From assembly GCA_000320545.1 (NCBI GenBank), contig ADNK01000904.1:1-64000 (forward strand): DNA of 64,000 nt. Reading direction: 5' to 3'. Origin of the DNA: Bigelowiella natans CCMP2755 (taxonomy: Eukaryota; Protista; Cercozoa). The notes beneath the pieces were generated by a model. The model saw only the letters and a program-made list of their open reading frames with translations, ran no database searches and had not been told where the DNA came from. The position numbers were made by a program, and so were the translations under genes. Below are positions 1-8,083 of the stretch, one piece after another. Position 1 is the stretch's first letter. Every line of letters starts with the position of its first letter.

Positions 1-87
1 CTTCTCTGTGTCAATCCTGGTGATGGTTAAACCTGTGAGTGCTCCATCAATTAATACGGTATTTCTAAAATGTGCGGTAGCGGACAT
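1..87 (-). CDS. 5' end of a viral ORF running off the window (MSATAHFRNTVLIDGALTGLTITRIDTEK...)
   Basis: ATG at 87 preceded by TATATA like the neighbouring genes; open to position 1. Confidence 0.6.
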   Translation of the reverse strand, partial: MSATAHFRNTVLIDGALTGLTITRIDTEK

Positions 88-126
88 TATATAACATAGT
101 TTAGAAAATAATTATTTTTAAAGATT

Positions 127-456
127 TTATCCCTGTTCCAAGTTGCCTGTGACCTTCAAATCATAAGCGGTCGTTATGCTCTTGTTCGTATGGTCTATCT
201 GTAGTGCTTGTAGTATTTGATTTATCGTATCCAGCACATCCGCTTTGAACGATATTATATCGTTCTTTATCGCATTTATCTCGCTCTTTATCTCACCTAC
301 TTCATTTTGTAGACTTGTGATTTCAGGTGCTTGTAATTGGTCATTAACTTTAATTTTATCACATTCAATATCATCTAAATCAAAGTCAACATTGCCGACA
401 TTAAACTCTACTGCCTTAGTGGTCCTATCAACATTTAAATAGTTCGCAAAACTCAT
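127..456 (-). CDS. Viral hypothetical protein, 109 aa; coiled coil plus fibre-like C-terminus
   Basis: ORF with a heptad segment (ITSLQNEVGEIKSEINAIKNDI) and a C-terminal LKVTGNL, reminiscent of trimeric fibre beta-repeats. The function is inferred. Confidence 0.6.
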   Translation of the reverse strand: MSFANYLNVDRTTKAVEFNVGNVDFDLDDIECDKIKVNDQLQAPEITSLQNEVGEIKSEINAIKNDIISFKADVLDTINQILQALQIDHTNKSITTAYDLKVTGNLEQG

Positions 457-492
457 ATTTATTATAATATACTATATAATTTATTTGAAAAG

Positions 493-534
493 AAAAAACA
501 TTATATTTATTGAGTAATAATTATAATATTTTTT
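493..534 (-). terminator. AT-rich hairpin immediately downstream of the PolB stop codon
   Basis: AAAAAACATTATA-T-TTATT-gagt-AATAA-T-TATAATATTTTTT: a ~19-bp stem with one T/T mismatch and one G.U pair, about 10 nt after the stop at 545. Confidence 0.55.
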
Positions 535-544
535 TTAATAACAA

Positions 545-1735
545 TTAATTCATTTGTACAAGCATACTTTTCTCCACTTTGAAGTGTTTAGGAAGTTTTT
601 CCTCTTTCCATTTACCAAGTTCATCACTAATTTCAAAATGTATTGCTTTGCTTCTTGTTATCACTAAACTATCTGTATGACTATACACAACATCGTCTTT
701 GTATTCATTTATTAAATCAACCATATAGGTTCTCACATAAGAGGTAAGAAATGGTGCTATTCTACAGGCATAGTATTTAAAATACTTCTTTTCTTCTTCA
801 AATTTAGTCAAGGATAATATCGTATATCCATCAGGAGCTATTTTATATGTAGGAGTTTCATTACTTTCTCGGTCATCAATTTCTATCACTTGCTTTGTGT
901 TGACCTTTCTTCTTAACTTGGTTTGAAATGTACCCCATAATTTGTTCATTATTAGTTTTACTAAATCTTGAGATTTTGAATGAGGTAATAATCTGTAAAA
1001 GAATTTACCAAAGAGTTTTATGGACTTTAATTTCTCTTTGTAATACAAATAATTGGTGTCTAATAGCTTCAATTTCAATCCTAGTGCCTTTGCTTGTTTT
1101 AGCTCAAGATGAGTATAAATATTATGTTTGTTGTATTTAAAAAATACATCATCATCTTTGCTTATTTCTATGTTGTATAAACCATAATTGAATTTGTAAT
1201 ACTTATCAACTTGTTCCTGTGTTATGGTTCTTGTCATAGGTGTACCTAAAGGAATAGTGAAATAATTGCTACATAGCACGGATGTGTATTTTTTATTCAA
1301 ATCCAATTTGATATAGTCTTTGTTTTGATATTCTCCATCCACACTATATCGTATCCCACCTCTACTTGCTTTATATACCCATTCTTCTTCCATTTCTGTA
1401 GTCTTTCCAAACTCTACCTCCTGTGGTCTAAACTGATTCCAAATGTATAAACTCATCTCTGTATCATCGTAGTTGCTTCGTTTGTAGTCATAACCTGTGA
1501 TTGCTTTGAACTGATGAAAATCGTTCATTTTCTTTTCATATTCTTTGATGACATTGCTGTTCTTGGATGGTTTAAGAACATATAAATTATACCCTTCCAG
1601 TGTTTTGCTTCGTAGGATGTTCTCACCATCTACAGTTAAATGGTATTCTTTCTCATCTCTGTTGTAATGGTAGACACCAAAGGTTTTTCGGTTGTAATTG
1701 GTAGCACATCTGTATTTCTTTTTTTTCGGCAACAT
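545..1735 (-). CDS. polB: Family B DNA polymerase, protein-primed type, polymerase core only (396 aa)
   Basis: Motifs in the correct order: SRGG, motif A DLNKKYTSVL, PLGTP, motif B KLIMNKLWGTF, IAPFLTSYVR, motif C YSHTDS, ELGKWKEE. No recognisable Exo I-III motifs. Confidence 0.88.
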   Translation of the reverse strand: MLPKKKKYRCATNYNRKTFGVYHYNRDEKEYHLTVDGENILRSKTLEGYNLYVLKPSKNSNVIKEYEKKMNDFHQFKAITGYDYKRSNYDDTEMSLYIWNQFRPQEVEFGKTTEMEEEWVYKASRGGIRYSVDGEYQNKDYIKLDLNKKYTSVLCSNYFTIPLGTPMTRTITQEQVDKYYKFNYGLYNIEISKDDDVFFKYNKHNIYTHLELKQAKALGLKLKLLDTNYLYYKEKLKSIKLFGKFFYRLLPHSKSQDLVKLIMNKLWGTFQTKLRRKVNTKQVIEIDDRESNETPTYKIAPDGYTILSLTKFEEEKKYFKYYACRIAPFLTSYVRTYMVDLINEYKDDVVYSHTDSLVITRSKAIHFEISDELGKWKEEKLPKHFKVEKSMLVQMN

Positions 1736-1750
1736 ATATATTAATATATA

Positions 1751-1776
1751 AGAAAGTATTTCTTTAAATACTTTCT
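1751..1776. promoter_or_regulatory. Perfect 11-bp inverted repeat overlapping the TATTTAAAGA upstream motif of polB
   Basis: AGAAAGTATTT-cttt-AAATACTTTCT lies between the stop at 1783 and the ATG at 1735. Confidence 0.7.
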
Positions 1777-1782
1777 CATATG

Positions 1783-2169
1783 TTATTTGAAATAATTAAT
1801 TAGAACGGATTGTATAAAAAAATCGTCCCTATGAAGGTCTATACTACCGAAACCTTCTTGTCTATTGCTTGGATAGTGAACACCATCACCAAGTGTTGTT
1901 ATTCTTCCTGATATTGGTATGTTGTATTGTAAGATATAAACGACTTGGATTTCAGTATTATCGTTTATTTTCCCTCTGTTTTTCAGTTTGTTTATTTTCC
2001 TAGCGATGATTTCATTTGCTTTATCGGCATCAGGAAGATACTTTTTACCTTCCTTTTTGAAGTCATACCTTCTTGTGTATAGGAATTTATTCCTTTTCTT
2101 TATGTTTTGTTTTCTTTCCTTGGACTTACCATCATATGCTTGAAACTTTAATCTAACTCTATTACTCAT
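1783..2169 (-). CDS. Viral basic hypothetical protein, 128 aa
   Basis: Lys/Arg-rich ORF, co-directional with its neighbours and preceded by the shared upstream motif (2195-2204). Confidence 0.75.
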   Translation of the reverse strand: MSNRVRLKFQAYDGKSKERKQNIKKRNKFLYTRRYDFKKEGKKYLPDADKANEIIARKINKLKNRGKINDNTEIQVVYILQYNIPISGRITTLGDGVHYPSNRQEGFGSIDLHRDDFFIQSVLINYFK

Positions 2170-2208
2170 ATGTTATATATATATAAGAGATAAATCTTTA
2201 AATATATA

Positions 2209-3732
2209 CTATACATTTATATCTACCTCTTCTTCATCCTCTTCTTTCTTTATCAATTTCTTAAAGTATAATCTTCCTCTAACTTTACCGAAAATAAATT
2301 TGTTTGCTAACATTTGCTTTTTAAAGTTGCTTTTAGATATATAAACCTGAGACCAACTTTTAAAGTGTAAATAAATATCGTTGTATAAAATTCTATCTCT
2401 AACATCATCAGTAAGATCGTAATTCTCTGAAACAAAATTTAAGGTGTGATTGTTATCGTTCAAATAATCGTTTGTGAATTTCAAAACCTTTTCAGGAGGA
2501 TTTAATTTCTCCATATCTACATGTTCTAACAATAGTTTGATGTATTCTCTACGATATTCTTTGTTGTTTCTGAACTTATCTTTGAGTGTGTAATCTCTTT
2601 TCTTTTCATATTTGTTCTTAGGGTCAGGTTTTTCTTTGAATTGAAAAGGGAATTGGATGTTTAAGAACCTTCGTTTAATACTATCATCCACACTATCTAA
2701 TTTAGGAGCATTATTACATAAGCAGAAGATGCTAAAATCAGCAAGGAATTCCACAGGGGTATCATACATCTCTCTACAACTAACTGTATCATTATCGGTA
2801 ATTTTTTTGAGAAAACTTACATTGAAAGATAGTTCTTTATCGCCTTCATTTTCTTCAGGTTCATTAACCACAACCAATCGCTTATCCATACATTTATATA
2901 AATCGCTATTAGGTGCATTTGCTTTGTATTTCGTTGTTAGGAATTGAGAAGAAACTATGTTACAATATTTGGAAGTTGCTACTTGATGAAGAGCAGTTAA
3001 GACACCTTTACCATTACCTCCACTTCCTAAAAACATAATTAGCAGTCCAAACTTATTGTAAAACAGACTATTAGCTAATAATTTTAGCAGAAACAGAGCA
3101 TCTTGTTGTGTTTCTTGTATGCCGAAAATGAAATCCAATACATCCTTTCTCACCTCCTGTTTAATCGGTCTTTTGGGTCTGAGTTTGAATTTAATATAAT
3201 TAGAAATAAAGTCTTTCTTTTCTATATCTCTAAAACTTTTTGTTTCAAGGTCATACACACAATCTTTGAATGCTAATAGGTTCTTATTTTTATCTATTTT
3301 ATTCAATATGTCCTCATCGTTGTAGTATTTCATTAGTTTAGCGATGATGTTCTTACTAAAGGCATTGCTTCCCACCTTTCTAAAATTCTTTAAGTATTCT
3401 GCTTTGTATTTCTTATCCTTTCCAATCTTAGCAAATTCTGTTTTTAGGACATGCTGTAAGCATGTGGATATTTGGTTATTTAGAAAGACTGGTGCTTCCT
3501 TTTTGTAGGACTTTATAATGTTGTTCTCATCGTAGAAGAACCAAATCTTATGTTCCTGATTGTATATGTAAGCATCTTTATTTAAATCATAAAATAGTTT
3601 TGCCCAACATTCGTCACTATAAGTAGGCAACACATCGGTAAAAAATCTGTAATCAACAGCAATGACAGGTTTCCCATCAGGCACACTGATGCTGTTTACA
3701 TAGTTTAGGATAGCAGGATTAATATTTTCCAT
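2209..3732 (-). CDS. D5-like superfamily 3 helicase (D5_N plus SF3 ATPase), no primase domain
   Basis: Walker A GSGGNGKG, Walker B LVVVNE, motif B' KKITDNDTVSCR, motif C CLCNNAP, arginine finger IKRR; D5_N-like LLAFKDCVYDL upstream. Confidence 0.92.
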   Translation of the reverse strand: MENINPAILNYVNSISVPDGKPVIAVDYRFFTDVLPTYSDECWAKLFYDLNKDAYIYNQEHKIWFFYDENNIIKSYKKEAPVFLNNQISTCLQHVLKTEFAKIGKDKKYKAEYLKNFRKVGSNAFSKNIIAKLMKYYNDEDILNKIDKNKNLLAFKDCVYDLETKSFRDIEKKDFISNYIKFKLRPKRPIKQEVRKDVLDFIFGIQETQQDALFLLKLLANSLFYNKFGLLIMFLGSGGNGKGVLTALHQVATSKYCNIVSSQFLTTKYKANAPNSDLYKCMDKRLVVVNEPEENEGDKELSFNVSFLKKITDNDTVSCREMYDTPVEFLADFSIFCLCNNAPKLDSVDDSIKRRFLNIQFPFQFKEKPDPKNKYEKKRDYTLKDKFRNNKEYRREYIKLLLEHVDMEKLNPPEKVLKFTNDYLNDNNHTLNFVSENYDLTDDVRDRILYNDIYLHFKSWSQVYISKSNFKKQMLANKFIFGKVRGRLYFKKLIKKEEDEEEVDINV

Positions 3733-3838
3733 ATATATATTATATTATATATTTTTATCTTTAAATATAAACGACTATTTTAGCAAAGTAAGTTCTTGTA
3801 AAACATAAGAAAACTATCAAACACAAGTGATACTTTTC

Positions 3839-4075
3839 TTAGGTCTTTAGATTGAGAAAATCAACCATTAAATCTCTGTCTAGAAGGTGTAGTTTTAAAT
3901 ACATTTGTTTGTGCTTTTTAAACTTTTCCATCTTATCAAAACTATCAATTACTTTATATTTCTTTCTGTAGTTCAACAGAACTCGCTGAGCATTCAATTT
4001 CTTTTTATTTCTTCGGTAGTATGCTTTCTGGGATTTATATTTAGCATTGTCGTTCGTAGTATTTTTATTCTCCAT
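3839..4075 (-). CDS. Small basic viral protein, 78 aa (possibly DNA-binding)
   Basis: KSQKAYYRRNKKKLN basic helix; shared upstream motif at 4101-4110. Confidence 0.7.
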   Translation of the reverse strand: MENKNTTNDNAKYKSQKAYYRRNKKKLNAQRVLLNYRKKYKVIDSFDKMEKFKKHKQMYLKLHLLDRDLMVDFLNLKT

Positions 4076-4118
4076 TAATTAGTATTATATAATTATTTTC
4101 TTTTTAAATAATTTTCGT

Positions 4119-4243
4119 ATATGCGACTGCTATGTATGTGCGACTGCTATGTGCTTATATGCGACTGCTGTGTGCTTATATGCGACTGCTATATGCTTAT
4201 ATGCGACTGCTGTGTGCTTATATGCGACTGCTATGTATATGCG
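4119..4243 (+). repeat. Tandem 17-21-bp repeat array with core GCGACTGCT, six copies
   Basis: Core starts at 4123, 4140, 4161, 4182, 4203 and 4224; unit ATATGCGACTGCT(A/G)T(G/A)TGCTT. Confidence 0.95.
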
Positions 4244-4289
4244 GAAACAAGTGTATTATGTTGTTGGTGAGAGAGCAACAAGATGTGTA

Positions 4290-5628
4290 TTATGCTTCCA
4301 ACTCTTTTTTGAACTTTTGGTAGTAATCTGTTTTACTCTCTTCTTTGTCCAATGGACTTTTGCCCCAAAATTGTTTGTAGGTTTGACTTCTAAAATCATC
4401 CAGTGTGACTGCCTTCCACATTCTATTTTTTGACACCTGATACCAATATTTGGTTCCATTGTGTGTAATGTATGTGGTAAAGTCAATTTTGTATTGCTTG
4501 GCATACCCAAACTCTCTTTTTACAGTGTCCATTAAATCTGTTGTTGCCTTTTTGATGACTTCCTCTTTGACTTTGGGTGCTAACCACTTCATTGTAGTGT
4601 CGCAGTATTCAATGGCATCGTTTAATCGTGTTTTTACTTGCTTGGAATTCGCAACCATAAAACTCCATTGACCCTCTAAAGCACATTTGGCCTTGTGATA
4701 TTGGATGCTGTTTTTGTCCATTTTAGAGTTTTTCTCTATCTCCTCTCCATATGCTTTACAAGCTCTTTGGCTCCATTCATCTAATTTGAGCAAATCGTCT
4801 TCATAGTGCTTTTTCAAACCTTTCAAGTTGTTATACCACTTATGGAAACTGTTGGGAGACACTTCTCTAGCAGTATTTTTTATGTCCATTGGGTTGTAAC
4901 TTGCCATTTGCTGACTTTGTTGAAGGACATTTAACTGCGGGTTGTAAATCACCCACCTCTGTTTTTTTTGTGTCATCGCCTTTGTCATTCTATCCCAGTC
5001 AGGTTCTCCATCAGGAACATAGGTTAAAAGGAGTGGTCCCTTGTTTTTTACATTGCCATTATCAGCACCACCGCAAAGTCGCTTGGTGAGGTTTAGAGGA
5101 GTGCTGAAAATAAGAAATAATGTTAGTAAATATATTTTCCTCCCATATCAACATTCAACACATTCAACAAAAAATAAATTGTTACTAAACAAGTTATTTT
5201 ATGTTAAGAGGGAAAATGAAAATTGATGTTAAAAGTGTGTATCATTACCTTATGTCCTCCTCCTCTGGACGACGAGAAGGGAAAGAAGTGTGACTTGTCT
5301 CTTCCACATTGACCTTCATTCGCTCAAGCGAAGCACAAAGCTGGTTCAGTTTAGCATCAGCATCCTTTCCCTTCTTTGTCCTCTTGTCCAGTTCCTTGAG
5401 TTCTTTATGAGCTACATCTACCTCCTTGGACATCTGGAAATATTTTCTGAGAGCATTCAATTCCGTCTCCTGTTGCTCCAACATCTGGTATAACATTTGG
5501 TTTTGCTGTAGTAGATATTCTGTGTAGTTGAAGTCCTCATCAACGGAAGCATAAAACTCTTCCCATCTCTTCTTCATCTTTGCTTCAATGGGAGATGGTG
5601 CTTTGTCTCTTCCATTCTGGTCCGCCAT
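4290..5628 (-). CDS. Two-exon viral gene (exons 5628-5249 and 5103-4290, ~397 aa), coiled-coil hypothetical protein
   Basis: ORFs 5245..5646 and 4290..4988 join in frame through a 145-nt intron: donor AG|GTAATG at 5248, branch point TACTAAC at 5128-5122, pyrimidine tract and TTTTCAG acceptor at 5104, phase 2. Confidence 0.75.
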
Positions 5629-5935
5629 TCCAAAGTCGTCTCTCACACTTGTTGCTAACTTTCATTTCAAATTCAAAAATTCATTGTCGCACTCTCAAAA
5701 TTAGTATCTTTTACCAACATTTTAAAATGCTAATTTTCAGGTTGCGACATCCTAGTTTTAAGGATGCGACAACAGTTTGTTCGCCATTTTTGTTTTTTCC
5801 AAATGTGATTTAGGCATATTTATCAAATCAGAGGACGATTGTGAATTCCTGTAGACTGGTGACATCAAGCCACAGGAAGGACAATGTCTGTGTCACAATT
5901 CTTGGGAAAAGATGATTGGAAAGTGAGTGTTCAAG

Positions 5936-7736
5936 ATGGTGGAACTTACTTGGTTTCTGGGAACCCAAACGAGCAACAAAGACAAGATTGTGAGCGAGAA
6001 AGTGAAGCAACTGGAAAATCATCTGAAGGGTTGGAAAGGAAATTTGAAACACGAGTTCAAGAAGCGAGAGGAAGATATGTCCAAATGTGAGACTCAATTG
6101 AGGAAACTGGAGAATGAAATTGAAAAGGGAGACAGCGATGAAGAGGATGATGACGAAGGGTTGGATGGTGAGTGCGAAGAGCGAGACATAATCCGTGAAA
6201 TTATGACCCAGCGAGACATTTTGGGAAAACATCGCAAGAAAATCAAGGAAATTACCGACATGTTGGAAGGAAGGAAAGTTTGTAGCAAATTGAGGGATGC
6301 TCGGGAAATTATGAATGGTCAGAAGAGTTTGGAAGTCGATTACAAACTTACGATGGAGCAGTATGCTTTCAAGCACATAGACACAAAATTTGTGCTGAAA
6401 TACAAATTCAACGATGGGAAAATATCAGTTGTGTCTCAGTTGAGCGATGAAAGTGTTATAGTGGAAGGGGTATCCTTCACAGGGCACAGTCTTTTCTCCT
6501 TGCGAAAGTGTGGGGACAAAGCAACTCTTGTTGCTGTGGCCCAAGCGGAAATTCAGTTGACGGATTCTATTCAAACTCTGTATGACAAGACCGCTGATGA
6601 AATCGCACGACTCAGAAATGAATATGAGGAGGCAGACATCAACGACGAAGGAAGAAAGCACAATCTAATCGCTGAGGAACTCAAAAGGAAGCGATTGCTA
6701 GGCAGGATGAAAAAAGGAAAGCATAAAGCTGAGATGCTGGTGAGTGCCTATGTCGTCGAGAGATTGGACGACCTCACAGTGGAGAAATCGGCGGACATCA
6801 ACATTCTTCAACTACTCGTAGAGCGGGAGCGACAACGAAAATTACTGGAGATGAAGGGGTGGAAGAGGCTGCCTGAGATGAATACTAAGAGATTTGCTTT
6901 GGGTGTAGCCGTTGGGGATGGCAAACTGTTTGCTGTTGGTGGGTATGATGGTAGTAATACTCTTAGAAATGGGGAGTATCTGGATTTGAAGAATATGAAA
7001 GCGGGGTGGAAGAAACTCCCTGATATGAGGAGCATAAGGTGGGGTTTAAAAGTGGCTATTGGGGATGGCAAATTGTTTGCTGTTGGTGGAGCTAACGATA
7101 AAGATGTTCCTTACAAATCTGGGGAGTATCTGGATTTGAAGAATGTGGGTGCGGGGTGGAAGAAACTGCCTGATATGAACACTGAGAGGTGTTCTTTGGG
7201 TGTAGCCGTTGGGGATGGCAAACTGTTTGCTGTTGGTGGGTATGATGGTAGTAATACTCTTAGAAATGGGGAGTATCTGGATTTGAAGAATATGAAAGCG
7301 GGGTGGACGAAAATCCCTGATATGAATACTGAGAGGTGTTCTTTGGGTGTAGCTGTTGGGGATGGCAAAACTGTATGCTGTTGGTGGGGGGTCTGGTGGT
7401 AATGATCTCAAATCTGGGGAGTATCTGGATTTGAAGAATGTGGGTGCGGGGTGGACGAAACTCCCTGATATGAATACTAAGAGGACGGTTTTGGGTGTGG
7501 CCGTTGGGGATGGCAAACTGTTTGCTGTTGGTGGGTATGATGGTAGTAATTATCACAAATCTGGAGAGTATCTGGATTTGAAGAATGTGGATGCGGGGTG
7601 GAAGAAACTGCCTGATATGAATACTGAGAGGGAGGGTGTGGGTGTGGCCGTTGGGGATGGCAAACTGTATGCTGTTGGTGGGGGGTCTGGTGGTAATGAT
7701 CTCAAATCTGGGGAGTATCTTCGCATCGCTATGTAG
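5936..7736 (+). CDS. Coiled-coil plus six-repeat Kelch beta-propeller protein with a +1 frameshift at ~7367-7370
   Basis: Six 49-50 aa repeats (GW..LPDM...R...GVAVGDGKL(F/Y)AVGG...GEYLDL). Repeat 4 reads GATGGCAAAACTG where the other copies have only three As, which splits ORFs 5927..7402 and 7356..7736. The start codon is uncertain. Confidence 0.88.
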
Positions 7737-7780
7737 ACTGCTTCCGCACACAAATCGGGTTCTACCTGGAGAAAATATGG

Positions 7781-7978
7781 TTATTTATAGCCATCTACAA
7801 CTTCGCTCATTAGACAAATGTGGACTTCCATCAGTTTATCTCTTAGTTTGCGATAGAATTCAGGATTCAGTTCGGCTTTTAGTTCATCTATTACGAGGAC
7901 GATTTCACTAAGTTTATAGTCAACATCATAGATTTTATCTGCTGTGCTACTTTTATTTACTTGATTAATATTACTCAT
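7781..7978 (-). CDS. Small viral hypothetical protein, ~65 aa
   Basis: ATG at 7978 (MSNINQVNK...) with the shared TATTTAAAGA motif at 8001-8010. Confidence 0.65.
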   Translation of the reverse strand: MSNINQVNKSSTADKIYDVDYKLSEIVLVIDELKAELNPEFYRKLRDKLMEVHICLMSEVVDGYK

Positions 7979-8083
7979 ATTAATCTTATAGTGAGACAAT
8001 TCTTTAAATAGAAATCATAGTTGGATGTTTTGTAAAACTGGAATCCTTTTGCTAATAGCATACATTGTTAAGTATGTATGTTG

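Noticed and set aside
101-105. TCTA late-promoter motif (CroV/mavirus type) upstream of the ATG at 87
   Set aside because: It is a single 4-mer occurrence and is not repeated before the other genes in the window.
4119-4243. CRISPR-like array
   Set aside because: The units are contiguous with no unique spacers and there are no cas genes; it is a tandem repeat. ORFs 4132..4323 and 4149..4433 are by-products of it.
5219-5226. Mimivirus early promoter AAAATTGA
   Set aside because: It is on the + strand with no + strand gene just downstream, and it lies inside the predicted intron; likely chance in AT-rich DNA.
5884-5990. Possible extra 5' exon of the Kelch gene (MSVSQFLGKDDWK|GTGAGT)
   Set aside because: A donor-like site is present, but I found no convincing in-frame acceptor or branch point.
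5828-7753. Minus-strand ORFs overlapping the Kelch gene
   Set aside because: They are antisense shadows of a repetitive coding sequence.
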